From contig NW_003526946.1 in the NCBI RefSeq assembly GCF_000181795.1, forward strand, positions 7,677 to 71,676: a DNA stretch of 64,000 nucleotides, written 5' to 3'. Under the pieces are notes generated by a model. The model worked only from the letters and a program-made list of their open reading frames with translations. It had not been told where the DNA came from and did not search any database. Below, one piece after another: positions 1 to 13,500 of this stretch. A program made the translations under genes and the position numbers. This DNA is from Trichinella spiralis. Its lineage: Eukaryota. Position 1 is the stretch's first letter; each line of letters starts with the position of its first letter.

Positions 1-143
1 TTTCCAATCCAAGAATTTCACTTTAATATTTACAAAGTTTCTTTTGTTACAAAACATCAATATATGTATTTTTATACATGTCGATGAGTTTTGCTGTTTT
101 TATGAAAAATCCTGTTTTCATTTCATGCATTTCATATAAAATA

Positions 144-276
144 CAGTCGAACTTCATTAAGTGCATAAAATTTTGGCCGAAAAAAATTCCCTGTATTTAA
201 TTAAACGGTAAAATAATGGATAAGTGCATGGAAATTCTTTCGAAATTCCATGCTCACTTATATCCAAGTTCAAATG
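144..276. mobile_element. Tc1/mariner-pogo-type MITE (~133 bp)
   Basis: TA|CAGTCGAACTTCATTAAGTG ... CACTTATATCCAAGTTCAAATG|TA: imperfect TIRs with TA on both sides and an internal palindrome. Confidence 0.55.
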
Positions 277-710
277 TAATTTGAAATGCATCATCAAACA
301 GATCAGCTACATCATAGGCACTGCTTTTGATGCGGAATGTTTAAATATTTCATTGTCATTAAAATATATACATTGAAAGGTTGCAAATGGAAATGAAAAT
401 AGATGGCAATTTAAGTGTTCACTAACGCACTACTCGGTTTTGTTCAGATGTTGAAATAGAAAGTTTACAATTTACACGAAATATATAAAAATAAATTTTT
501 TTTGACTTGTAAATAATATTGCAGATTTTTAATTTTTTATTTAAATAAAATATACGACTTTAAACAATAACACTGATAAAAGAAGTCAAAACTTTCTGAA
601 GTTGAAAATAAAATTCTTTGATTGGTAACAAGAAAGATTTTCATAGAACAGTCAGACGATGGACGAACACGCCAAATGACCATCGCTAGATCAAAGAGGC
701 GGTCTACTAC

Positions 711-1515
711 CCGAGTGTACTTCAAAGGCATGCCGCTCGACATTTGATTGGCCTTAAATTTCATTGGTTTTCTGCCGGCTAAATTTCATTAGTTGTTATT
801 GCGATGAGCTTTATTCGTTGTCGCAAACCTAAATTTTTACTGGTTGTCATTGTAATACGTGTTATTTGTCAAATTTTGATATTTATGTGGTAAAATTAAT
901 TACAATTAATTATTTAATGAAATTCAGTGAAATGTTGAATCCACCTGATTTTTCTTACTAATAGCATCCATAACTTCTAAATTCAATATATACTTTAATT
1001 TAAACTTATATTTAACTTCAAATTAAGAAACAAATTAACAGAAAGCAAACTTTTGAACAAGGTCTTTAAAATGCTCAATAGTATACACGCAATAAACCAA
1101 GTCAGTTTAAATTAAAGTAAAGCGAATTTCTTAGATCTGATCAGCAGTTCTATGAATATAATTATACACAAAAATGAAAATACAAGCAAATTTGTTAATA
1201 ACCTTATAATTTTAAATTGCTAGTCAGCTTTTAAATGTGTAATTTAGCTACTACTAATATACATATAGAAGATAAACAGTAAAGCTTAGAATAAAAAAGT
1301 GACCATTAAAAAGAAACCAAAATTTAACAAATAGAATGCATGAAAATGACAACTAGTAAAATTTAGATTCCCAACAGCGAGTAAAATTCATCGCAACAAC
1401 AACTAATGAAATTTAGCCGCCTTGTAAACCAATAAAATTTAAAACCAATCAGAGTTCTACGCAAAATTTAAAATTAATCAAAGTGTGAAGCGGCATGTCT
1501 TTGATGTATACTCAG
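711..1515. mobile_element. Non-autonomous long-TIR (Mutator-like) element inserted at the end of the gypsy gag remnant
   Basis: ~150 bp imperfect inverted repeats at 711-855 and ~1345-1515 (CCGAGTGTACTTCAAAGGCATGCCGC / GCGGCATGTCTTTGATGTATACTCAG). Flanks GGTCTACTAC (701-710) and GGTCTACCCC (1516-1525) look like a degenerate ~10 bp TSD. Confidence 0.65.
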
Positions 1516-1916
1516 GGTCTACCCCGAAATTACATTTCGCACCCGCTTCTTTCAAGTGGCTGATGCATTCAGTAATGGTCTCACCATATTGACAGATAAT
1601 TTTGCCAAATTCCATTCGAACTGTGAAAACGGTTACCTTTGGTTGGTACAACAGTTCGAAAATATCATTGATTTCTCCATATGCACATTCACGTGTTTCT
1701 TTCGGGAACACATATTTCCGCACGGTCATGGAGTACTTAGCTCTGACGTAAGCAAGTAATAGTCTACGTCTCCTCGCGTTCGTTCATTATCGTCATTCCT
1801 GAGACATTGCACATAACACACTTGCTCATAATGAGATATGTATTATTCCCATGTTTCAGAGTCCAAATCCCATGGCTCAAAGGAGAATCTCTCCATCTGG
1901 TATGCTATTGTATTCT
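1516..1916 (-). pseudogene. Degenerate gag of an older minus-strand Ty3/gypsy (Mag-like) element
   Basis: Minus-strand translation with a stop and a frameshift: FEPWDLDSETWE*YISHYEQ...RRLLLAYV...VFPKETRECAYGEI...RMEF...QYGETITECISHLKEAGAKCNFG, a typical gypsy gag pattern. Confidence 0.65.
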
Positions 1917-2147
1917 TGTTATGGTATTACGATGTCGACAACCTAAACATCAGTAATCTAGAGTAGGAGATCTAATTTTGCATAAAGTGGCGTTACCGTC
2001 GACATGTTAGCGAGTTTAGTATTGCCGTGTGTATCCCATTGCGTGTGTGTTATCATTTTATATAATTATTGCTAACTGAATTTGAATAAAAACGTTGCTT
2101 CGTTTAATAAAAAGATTGGTTTGTTGGTAAAAGGCATTAACGTTACA
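1917..2147 (+). repeat. 5' LTR of plus-strand gypsy element
   Basis: TGTTATGG...CGTTACA, roughly 85% identical by eye to 35137-35361. Preceded by TTCT and followed by a PBS. Confidence 0.9.
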
Positions 2148-2148
2148 T

Positions 2149-2162
2149 TGGCGATGAGGATG
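2149..2162 (+). promoter_or_regulatory. Primer-binding site (tRNA-Ser-like)
   Basis: TGGCGATGAGGATG directly after the LTR; nearly complementary to the 3' end of tRNA-Ser(GCU) (TGGCGACGAGGATG). Confidence 0.7.
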
Positions 2163-2930
2163 AGTAAACCCAGGAAGGAAGAAGCTGGCGAAATATTGGA
2201 GACTGGGGTTCGTCACAGGATGATAGCTATCCCAGAGCAGTACGACGGTTCAAGCGATTAGGATGAATGATTAGAATACTTCGAGATCGCCGCCGCTGTG
2301 AACTGTTGGAGTGAGGCAGAAAAATTGAAATGGCTACCACTTTCGTTGAGCCAAAAGGCGAGAAGCACATTCCGCCAGTTGCCATCTCCCACCTGGTCTT
2401 CATACCGAAGTTACGTGACTTCTTTGAAAGAACGATTGGATCCCCTGAGCAACGCAGCCGTCTATCGTGCTGAGTTGGAAAACCGAAAAAAGCGTGCGCA
2501 GGAATCTTGGTCAGACATCGGTCGTGATATTCGACGTCCGGTAGAAAAGGCGTACCGGACGCTGTCTGATGACGCCAAAGATGACATTGGACTGGATAAA
2601 TTTCTCAGCACTTTGGACTGACCTGAACTGGTTCTGTTGGTGAAACAAAGGAACCTGAAGAACATAGAAGAAGCAGTGCGCGCAGTCCTAGAAGTGGAAT
2701 CCTTCATGATAAGGCTATGCTATCATGATCAGTGCTACCAGCCAAACACCTTATAATGCAGATTCAGCGAAAAATGAGACATCAGCCGACATATCACGCT
2801 TATTCAGTTGCTTGGAACGCATGCGCCTGAAGCTGGAAGAAATCGAGCAGCGCATGGGGGCCTTTCAACCAAAGCAGCGTGACCGTCGAGGTGACTATGT
2901 GATGGAGACAGCCGCGAATGGACGACCAGA
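2160..2930 (+). pseudogene. Gypsy gag pseudogene
   Basis: PEQYDGSSD*DE*LEYFEIAAAVNCWSEAEKLKWLPLSL...YRAELENRKKRAQESWSDIGRDIRR, with several stops. Confidence 0.8.
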
Positions 2931-2936
2931 GGGGGT

Positions 2937-3510
2937 GGTTTTACTCGGTCCCGCTTTTCTCTCATTGGTCCTTGCCCACGCTATTTTATTAGACCGTCAA
3001 ATCTTTGTCGTATTGGTTTTCATTTTATTTGGCCGCGACGTCATTGTCGTATTGGTATTCCTTGTCTAATTGCTCAGTGAAGTCTTTGTCGCATTGGTTA
3101 TTTTTGTCATATTGCTCATTGATTGGAACTCTTCAGTTGTGCACCAGAATTGACGATCCAAATGAATCCCATGTCTCATGACCTACGACAGATTAGCGGG
3201 AATTTTATATTCCGAACATGCAGATTTGTGCCTCTGATGATATGTGACGTGGAAATAACCCGTAGCAATGATGACTTGAGAGTTTGATACACTTGGCCGT
3301 TGCAGAAGTCGTGATTGCTACCAAGAAAAGACTGCCATATTGCTCCAAATGTGTATTCAATATGAAAGATTGTGCACTACTTTCAATATTGAATAGCATC
3401 TAGGAGAAAATCATAGCCGAGGTAGTAGCTATTTGTAGAGATGTTGTTACATTATGAACTCAGAGTATTCTTGTGAAATCTTTATTCTTGTTTGATGAAG
3501 TATCACAGGG
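2937..3510 (+). mobile_element. Merlin (IS1016/ISXO2)-like DNA transposon: left end with transposase remnant, truncated by gap
   Basis: GG-starting ~68 bp TIR (GGTTTTACTCGGTCCCGCTTTTCTCTCATTGGTC) and ~40 bp subterminal tandem repeats (TCTTTGTCGTATTGGT). Frameshifted YTWRCRSRDC...SYLRDV resembles the Merlin N-terminal zinc ribbon. Confidence 0.5.
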
Positions 3511-3520
3511 NNNNNNNNNN
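3511..3520. other. Assembly gap
   Basis: 10 N. Confidence 1.
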
Positions 3521-4055
3521 CATTGTCATGCGTCTGATTAGAAATTACCCTTTGATTGATTTAGTTAGCAGTGACTGATATTTTTCACAATAGGTGTAAA
3601 TTGAATTTGTTAAATAATAAATTTGGATTCAGTTAGTTCATTGGACCAGAATTTTAAAAGCAATTTCTTTTTCATTTTTTCCATTTTAGGATTCAGTTTC
3701 CGGAATTTAATTTCTTTACCAATTTATTTGTATTCCAAAATAGGGAACAGTAATTTTATAAAATTTGCCGTAAATTTCAAAGAGACGGCTTTTCAGCTTT
3801 GTAAATTAAGGGGTTTTGGTTAGGTAAATTGGAAAAATTCAAATCCCGAATTTGGAAATTTATAAATATTATCTGTGAAGAAGTTTCAAATGCAAAATAG
3901 TGAACATGCAACCTCGTTTTAAATAGATAGTGCCGAAAAATATTAATTAGTGCCCAATGCAAGTAGTATGCGCTATGACACAAAACGATGTTAAATTATT
4001 TTATTAAATGTAATTACGTGTTATAATACTTATTACAATAATATTCCAATTATAG

Positions 4056-5784
4056 GGCCATTTTATATAAACCACCTGCACAAAAAAGAGGAAGAATTCT
4101 GATAGCACCAGGAGCGGCCTGGGAGGTATATCCGGCAGATCTCGATGCCGGTGCGGGTCATTCATTTTGGAAAACATTTGAAAGTGTAGTTGGAGCTCAT
4201 AATAATAAAAATTTTTTTGCATATAACAATGCGGCACCTGGTGTAGTAGGAGTTAAAACAAAATCGAATAGCAAAGGTTTTTGCAGAATTTTGTAAAAAA
4301 CGTTGCCATTAATGATGCATGTTTAGGTGTTGTAATATTAGACACTACAGCTCCACTAGATGAAGCTGCTTGGATTGTTCATACAGTGCCTGGTTATCCA
4401 AAACCAAAAGTGGCATACACATTTCCAGCATCAGAATATGCAAATGGTCATTTATTGATTTGTCTTACAATTGCTGAATCTCAAATCGAACCAATAGGTT
4501 TGTCTATTTACATTGAAATGATAATTTACCTGAATGAAGTCTGAATGAATTAAAATGCAATGAATTACAGTCATTCAGTTTATACTATTTAATGTCAGTT
4601 GCGTTTGCTACTTTGTTTTTTAAAATATTTTCTTTCTCTCAATGCAGATTCAATGAGATAAAAAATATAGATAGAATCTTCACGAAAAATATGATAAGAA
4701 ATGTATTTAGCTTTAAATTTTTATTATTTCAAGAATTAAATCACTTTCGTTCATTTCATTATTCATTATTCAACAGTGTTTTTCTTCGTAAAAACAAATT
4801 ATTGAATATTATTTATACCATAGGTATATCATATTTATACCATATTAAAAATAAAATTGTTATCAATAATGCAATATTATATTATAGAATAATAATACGA
4901 AACTTGAAAATATTACTGCTTTCTGAATATGCGGTGTGCAAGCAGTTTAGCAATCTATTAACTGAACTGTAGACATACTGCATATTTCATAACGCTTATT
5001 TCAAAAAACAAACAAAGAATAAAAGAAATGAAATATTTCAGCGGCTGCTTTATTGATGACTTCACCATTTATTTATTACAATGACGTTCCTGATGCAGAA
5101 GTAAACCCCAGACCTTCATTGAAAAAGGTGCTAAGTGGGGAAACTGCTGTGAAGCCACCATTTTCAGCAAAACAGAACATTAAGACACAAGGAAATCCCA
5201 CAGTTCCAGTTCAAATATTCAGTAAATCTGAACGATCCAAATACGGTAACTATTATTTTATAAAATGTGACAGAATGATAAAATTATTAAAATATGTGCA
5301 AATACTGGAAAAGCGCGTAAGTTAATTATTCTGTGACTGTGTTTAACATTACGCATTCGATTCTGCTTATTAGATATTTTATTTCTTTGCTGGAATATTT
5401 TCAGAAATATACAAGAAAATTATATCTAAACAGTTGAAGAAGACAATCAAAGTTTGGTCAAGACGGGATAAAAAATTGAAAGCAAATTGCAAAATTCCTG
5501 GAAGACATATACTTCTTGTTTCAAGTCCTATAGATGTTAATACGCAAGCTAGTAGTTTAGAAAAGGATGTTACAAATTGGTTGATTCCTGAGAATGGAGA
5601 TATTTTCTGTGCAGTTGACAAGCCTTATGCGGTATGTTACGGTGTTTTATAATTTTATTAATATATTAATGGTGATTTTCAGATATCACAAAAATATGAA
5701 CCAGCTGTTGCAGTTTGTATTCAGCAAGCGAATATTTTTACACATTTTAACACTATTGCTGCGAAAGTAGATTCCTGTTCTTAA
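4056..5784 (+). CDS. DNase II-like (plancitoxin-like) protein, copy A; exon 1 not present after the gap
   Basis: Exons 4056-4276, 4327-4497, 5042-5245, 5405-5631, 5683-5784 with GT-AG introns. Motifs LYKPP, FAYNN, SNSKG, WIVHTVPGYP, NGHLLICLT, FSKS. Confidence 0.9.
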
Positions 5785-8700
5785 AAATTCAATTTCGCCA
5801 AAAACGCATTTTAAACAGTAATAAATTGTTGCTGTCAATAAAACTATGGTGTTTTTTGACGTTACAACGAATTTTTGCATTTTCTGTTCAAAGACAATGA
5901 ACAGTTGCATCTTTTTAAATTTTATTTTACCATTACCCGCTTTACTTGAAGAAATTTACAATACAATCACATTTCAGCCTAATATCTTTCTTATACTGCT
6001 CTCGATTGCCTGTCAACCAATAGAATACGCTGATTTATAGTTATTCACAAAAAATTTAAAATCAATTTTTCCTAATTGACGGATTACTTTTTTTTGCTTC
6101 TCCTTCTTACACTTGCAATTATTTACGTGTATTACAAACAGATTAAAATAATAAACAGATGTAGATGAATACATTCGTATATTTTATCGTCAAACAAGTT
6201 CTTATAAAATTACAAAATTTCATCCCGATGTGATATTCACATTTCATTAACATATAGGCATTTGTGAATGTGGCATTTTTGAAGAAATTATCTGATTTCG
6301 TTTTTTATGGCTATGGAAGAGTAAGTCCCATTAACTGTATTGCTGTCTTACTGAGGAGTAGTGCCATTCGACAAGTTTTTCCATTAAGTATCTTATTCGG
6401 TAGAACTGTTCAAGAAATTTCTCCACATTGTAGTAACTTTATGTTGTCTTTACCTAATATCCAAAAGCAAACACATATCATTGCAAATAATATGGTGATG
6501 TAAAATCATTTTTTGATTAACAATAATGCACAGAGTTTCATTGAAGCATCACATATTCTTCATTTGCTCATCGTTGAAGAACAATTTATGGATGACTTAG
6601 CAGTAAGCAGTTGAGACGATATATCACTTTTTTACTAAATCTTATTTACATTACTCTTCAACAGCATTTTAACAAGGTTGTTCTGATATTGCTCAGATGA
6701 TGATGTTTAAATAATTCACGAAAGGATTCTCTTCTCTCAAATCAGTTGAATCAATAACTGCTATATATGGTTGCTTTTCCTGTTTATTAAATCTTTACCG
6801 TTATGCTTTGTAAATGTAAAATATAATAAAATTAAAATTTGTCAAAATAAAAAATTTTGTATTCAGTGACAGAAGAAACTGAATTTCAGTATGAAAACCT
6901 TTAAAGAAGTTTTTCGATAATTCTACCAAGCCCCACTCATTCTTTCTATTACTATCATTAATGATATTTTTGAAGCATTTTTAAATTGCAAATGAATCGA
7001 CTTCGACCCAATGAGTTGCTCCACCAAGCATCTATATGTTAAAATTAACACCGCATGCTAATGTTTCACTAAGTCATACAATGTTTCGATAAATTTAAAT
7101 GTTTTTTAATATTTAAAGTAACGTTATTTTAATATAAATGAAAATTTAAATAAAATATATTCATTTTCATTTTCAAATCTCTTACCCGCTCATTAACTGT
7201 ATTACCAATATTTATTACAATATAATTTTTCGAATTTTTAGAAATTAAAAGAGAAACATCTCCTCCATTTTCACCTTGTACAATAATAATTTTAAAGCGA
7301 TGATTAAATTCAGTTATGCAATGATAAATTAGTTTATAACTTTCAAGAATGTTTAATAAGACGCTTTTACAAATGCTTTATATATTTATATTTTAGTTGT
7401 AGTTACCTGAGCTTCGCTAACGGTGAAGAAAAATACCAATAAAATGCAAAACTTGAAGATCATTTTTTATAAGAAATATTTTCTGATTCTAACTATGACT
7501 TTATTCTATTCTAATGATTCTAACTAATGAATAACAGCAAGGACTTTTATACTTTTCCTTGTATGAAAAGTAAATTATACGCATTTTTGAGTATATTTGA
7601 ATACTGAATGCTTATTACAAATAATTTTTGCAGCATCTGATACTATGCCCATGGAAATTTGTAAATATTCTGTGCTGCAATAATATAAAAAACATAATAA
7701 TATAAAAGAAGCACATACACATAGATGATAAATTCTGCTATTGTAATTATTTGAATAGCTGATATTACTTCTGACTTATTTATATTTTTTAAATAATATT
7801 TACACCTAATTTAATAAATTTCATTAGAATTTGTTCAACTGTGTTAAATTAGATTTTGCTTTTCAACAGTTATGTTTATTTTATTCTTAGAAACATTATT
7901 GATATTTAATACATATTATTTAATAAAATAGAAAAAATTTTCTTAAAAAATTGTTCATCGTGTCATGCATGTAAAGCTGACGTCAATTTGATATTTATCA
8001 TTCAAAGCTTTGAAAAACGGTCCATATTTTTTTATGAATTAAACACAAGGAAATAATATCTTCTCTAAAACACATATACGTATTATTTTGCACTTAAATT
8101 ACTCCCCTGCTTATTATTGCCCATAATAACTGATTAATGAATGTTTAAGAACTTGCTTTCCTAGAAAAACCATTGTTTTCTTATCGCAGTTTTACAGTGA
8201 GAATTTGCGGATTAGTGATTCAGTGATAATTTGCTTATTATTTCTTGAATGTATGCGTTTAATGTATGCAAATTATTGCGCGGTTAATAATGAAGATTAA
8301 AATCATTTTAATGAAAGTTAATAATTTAATGCTTAGTTAACACTGAAGCGAATTTTTTGAATTTAAAAGTAATAATTAATAGACGTTTTGCTGTTTTTTT
8401 ATTAACAATACTTACTGATTTAATAATTTCTAAAAAACAATATAAATTTAGGTTTTGCTGGAATCTTTTTCCTTAATTGAAAATTTTCAATTTAAATAAA
8501 ATTAACTGATAAAAATACAGTTATAAAAGCAGTTATAAGCACTTCGATTAGAAAATTAATTTTGAATATTTCTACTGTAAGGGAAAACAATGCTGGGAAA
8601 AATTGCCTTTTCATAAACTGAATTTCATTTCACTTTTAAATGTATTTTTTAAAATGAAAAATTGAAGACAACGACTTCACTATTAACGCATATTAATGCC

Positions 8701-8959
8701 ATTACTATTGCTTAATTCCCTTAATTTTGAATTTGATTGTGCAACTCTTAAATGATAACCTTTTTCGAAAAATAACATTTTTCAATTGTAGAACTTTTAC
8801 TGCAGAATGTAATAAGTGTTGTCTGATACCCAATATTCAAAGATAATTAATAATTCAGTTGTTAATCAATTTTTTTATTTTACAAGTATTTTATTTTTGC
8901 ACTACCAAAACACATTTTTGTGTGGCTGATTTTGATTACAATGTCTTTTCACTATTACT

Positions 8960-9830
8960 GATGAACATTTATTATTATTGTTGGAAACATTAGTTTCCAG
9001 AGAAATTTGCCCCCAAAAGCCATGCAGGTCGAGGAAGCCATCCCCGTCACTTTGGGATAATTTTCATGGTCATCCAAAATGCTGAATGAGCATGGCGCCA
9101 CCGCAGCAGAGCCGGAATGCTTGCTGGAAGCAAGGAAGTGAACAAAATACGTCACATTGGCAGCCTACAATTGTCCCAAGACAAGGATAACCAAATTTCA
9201 TTTGTCCTAAATGGTGGACCTGAGGTCGGTACGCTCCGTATTTATGCCGGTGAAATCCGAAACCGAGGAATCGAATCGAGTGATCGAGTCGAGAGCGGAG
9301 TGCTGGTGTGATTCGTGCGAGAGCCATTTACGTCAAATTTGAACCACTGAACCCGGTAAAGACAATAGAGGATCACCAATGTCGATCCTATGTAAAGGCT
9401 TGGACAATGCAGACTTGGTAGTATCAACCTAGTCATCGTTGACGAGGTTGGAAACGAAACAAGTGCGAGCGTGTGATCAAGTGAAGTGCGAGTATCGCAG
9501 ACGAATTTACGATCTTAACGAGTTGCCATCATTTCGTTGGAATCGAGTCTGTGTCATCCTGAATCACCATAAAGTTTGAGTATCAACTTTGTGATTGTTT
9601 TCCTTGTATCGACCGACTCTTCGGCTTTGCTGTGAGTCGATTTGAACTGCGCTCCTGAACATGAATAATAATACAGTCCACTGCCAGTTGCCATAATTGT
9701 GTTGCCAACAATGTGAATATTGCAATGAAAAATGATTACAGAGAATAGATAATTCAATTAGAAAAGTAATTGTAGTGGGTACAGTAAACATAGCTGTCTT
9801 GCCTGATATTCTTACATAATACTGTAACAT
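8960..9830 (-). mobile_element. Probable degraded LTR-retroelement remnant (possible PBS and gag start)
   Basis: GC-richer island with TGGTGATTCAGGATG on the minus strand at ~9569-9555 and a weak gag-like PPFRTNEIW...YFVHFLASS. Confidence 0.3.
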
Positions 9831-10123
9831 CATCTCATGATTGTATCTCATATATTGCTTGCGTTCTGTCTAATAAAACTCGGCTTTTGACTGAATCATT
9901 ACAGTAATGCAGTAAAGAAGAATTATTAAACAGGAAAATCTTCAGAACAAGCATCCGCTGCAGAGACACTAATTCATAAAACCGAAGGAAGTAAAAACAT
10001 CAACCTACAGTGGAATAGCTTGTTACTTTGAACAGGTTGGCAAAATGTTTACGGTGCATTGCAATGTAAGGCAGTTAATACCGCACCGCAGAAAGAAATG
10101 CATCCATATTCGCTAATATAAAA

Positions 10124-10357
10124 TGTATTGTGATTCTACGCCAACAAAAATATCTACAAAAAGAACGCGGAGGAACATTACAGTAGGTGCAGCAGTGTCA
10201 CGTCACCAGTGTGCGTACGTAGGTGTGTTCCCGCGCTCTCTCGGAGTGCACTGTCTCTCTGTGTGTGTAATCTCCCGTGTATTATACATTAACTTGGTAT
10301 TGTGTTGTCATTACAAGTAAAGTCTCTGCATATATCAATCAGTTCACATAAACAACA
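10124..10357 (+). mobile_element. Probable solo LTR
   Basis: TGT...ACAACA ends, AGTAAA signal and GT/CT-rich core. It is absent from the homologous segment at ~18540, so it is an insertion. Confidence 0.5.
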
Positions 10358-10588
10358 AAACATCACTGTCAGCCACTTCAGAATATTGGATTAACAGATA
10401 TTAATTTCAGTTACAACTTAAATTTATATGAAAGGTGAAAGGAATGTACCGCATTTATGAAATGCAGAAACGAAAAAGTTTTTTCGTATGAGTTCGTTTT
10501 AATGTTAAAACCATGATACTTTACTTGGCAGAAACGATTCATCATTGTTTAAAAAAAGAATGCCGATGCCTGTTTGATGAATTTGAAT

Positions 10589-13500
10589 TTAAGAACAGGA
10601 ATCCACCTTGGCAGCAATAGTGTTGAAACGTGCAAAAATATTCGCTAATTGCATGCAAACTGCAACAGCTGGTTCATATTTTTGTGAAATCTAAAATCAC
10701 CATAAATATACTAAGGAAATTATAAACCATAGTAACATACCGCATAAGGCTTGTCAACTGCACAGAAAATATCTCCATTCTCAGGAATCAACCAATTTGT
10801 AACATCCTTCTCTAAACTACTAGCTTGGTTGTCAACACTTATAGGACTTGAAACAAGAAGTATATGTCTTCCAGGAATTTTACAATTTGCTTTCAATTTT
10901 TTATCCCGTCTTGACCATACTTTGATCGTCTTTTTCAACTGTCTAGATATTATTTTCTGGTATATTTCTGAAAACATTTCAAGGTGAAATAGTGCAAAAT
11001 GCTAAAATATTTCAGCAATAAGAAAAAGTATGTGAAATTACAAATTCAAATTTTTGATGATTACTCAATAAATAATTTATACGTTTTGTCCATACGTGCT
11101 CATATTTTAGGGGTTTAACAATTTTGCAAAATTTCAAATATCTTTCTACAAATGAAATAGTTACCATATTTTGATCTTCCAGATTTGCTGAATATTTGAA
11201 CTGAAACTGGGTCACCTGCTTGTGTTTTAATGGCTTGTTTTGATGAGAAAGGTGGATGGATAGGAGTTTCTCCATTCAGTAGCTTTTTTAGCGTTGGTCG
11301 CGTTCTTACTTCTGCATCAGGGACATCATTGTAATGGATGAATGGTGATGCCACAAATAAAGCAACTGCTGAAATATGTGTATTCCGTTATGCTTAGTTT
11401 ACTTTATAAATTCACTGAAAAGAAGCTTATGATATTCCTATTGTTCAGGAAATAAATTAGTAAATTCCTTCCCTAATAAAATTTTCACAAAGCTTTCTAT
11501 TATTCATAGATAGATTTGTCCTTAGCTTTGTTATTATTGCAACAGTGTACTTTTTTGCTATAAAAAGCACTGCTTGTAATGAATTATAAATCCAATGAAA
11601 GCGAAGTAATTTATAAAATAATACAAATTGGAGAATGAGTAACGAGATCTTTTCTCTTCTTGTTATCTTCATTGAAAGAAAGAAAGATTTCTTAAAAACA
11701 AAGTAGGTACAGTAACTGAAGTTAAGAAAATCAATCTTGTAAAAAATTGAATAACTGAAATTACTTTCATTGTCTTTCAAGATTCAATTACGTCAAATTA
11801 AAATTAAAACTTCAATATAAGGAAACAAACCTATTGGTTCAATTTGGGATTCAGCAATTGTAAGACAAATCAATAAATGACCATTTGCATATTCTGATGC
11901 TGGAAACGTATATGCCACTTTTGGTATTGGATAACCAGGTACTGTATGAACAATCCAAGCAGCAGAATCTGCTTGCGGAGTATTGTCTAATATTACAACT
12001 CCTAAACATGCATAAAATGTAGCAACTTCCATCTTTACCCCTTCTCAAAAAGACCTTTGCTATTTGATTTTGTTTTAATTCCTATTACACCGGGTGCTGC
12101 ATTGTTATATGCAAAAAAACTTTTTGCCGGATGATTTCCCACAACACTTTCTAATGCTTTCGCAAATGAGTGATCTCGAGCATTCTCAAGATTCTGTGGA
12201 TTTGGTGCCCATGCTCCTCCTGCCGGTACCAAAATTTTTCCTGCTTTCTCTCCAGGTGGTTTGTATAATATGGCCCTGCAATTGTAAGTTTATTCCACTA
12301 CATTCATATATTATTGTTTTTCATATTTACTTTTAATGGAATAAAAGTTTATGTACTTTATATTATTTGGAACTTTGCTAACACTGGTTGTTAATTTAGT
12401 ACTTTATATACTATTTATTTACAGTGAATGTGTTTTGTGCCACATTTGCATCTTAATGCAGGAATACAAATGACTAAGAAAATCTTCAAGAAAGTATAAT
12501 ATTATTAAAGTAAGTGATAGAATCAGCAGTACAGTTGAACTTTGATTATTTGACCACTGATTATCTGAACACCGGATTATCTGGACACATTTTGGCAGAC
12601 TGGCTAAAATGCATTGTTTATGGTATTAAATTCAACCAGCATTTTCCTTATACTGTAACTTTCTGTTGTTTGTTAATTTTTATGTGCGGTATGTCTACTA
12701 CTAGTGTAATAAATGATTCCAATACTGTACTTAATGATCATCAAGTGATCATCGAACAGTAACTGCCCTTGCTTCCTTCGGTTGTTGTTGTCACTCTCAC
12801 ACTCACTCTCATTCTCTCTCTCACTCTCACTCTCTTCTCGGCCGTTGTTTTGTTTGTTATAGTCTACAGTAAACTCAATCACCCACATTACACTAGAAAG
12901 AGAAAGGTTTTGGGTTTAGAGCAAAAACTAAGTAAAAGAACAAAAGCTTTAAGTCATGTAAAGAAAGTGTGCCTCTTCTTTATTGCGTGATTTCTGGAGG
13001 TTGCGATCGTTTGCAGCTGTTGTTAGTGGGAAAATCAAAACGTTCGCGACCTATGATTGGTGTGCAGAAGTTGCTGGTGGTTTACGATTATCAACCAAAA
13101 GCCTGGATGACAGGAGATATTTTTTCCTAAGTAATATGATGACATATTTATTCCTTACGTTAAAAAATACAAGCAAAAGACAATGTAATCAGGAAAGATG
13201 CTACTCATAATTGGCAATGCACCTTGTCATCCTAGTTGCGAATTGCTAGACCGTAAAAATGGCTTGTTCAAGGTTATGTTTTGCCAGTTAATACATCGTT
13301 GGTTGTTCAGCCAATGGATCAGACTGTTATTCAAAATTTAAAGAAAACGGTGGAGGAAGTAACTCCTGTGAAGAATTGTTCTTTCATATGCTGACGGAGA
13401 TGATCTGATGTCACAAATTAGGAGCATAAATTTCAAAGATTGCTGCTATATGATAGCCCAAGCGTGGAACTCGATTTCAGGATCTACTCTGCAGGTTTCA

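Noticed and set aside
3000..3130. Short direct repeats with spacer-like gaps (CRISPR-like look), also at 31670-31790
   Set aside because: Eukaryotic context with no cas genes. The units are degenerate ~40 bp subterminal tandem repeats of a TIR element.
6264..6800. Protein-like frames downstream of copy A
   Set aside because: Stops on both strands and no identifiable family.
7395..7425. GTAGTTACCTGAGCTTCGCTAACGG resembling a Helitron-like end
   Set aside because: Too short; no partner terminus found.
12780..12850. ORF rich in ES/NE repeats
   Set aside because: (CTCACT)n/(GTT)n microsatellite inside the Tigger element.
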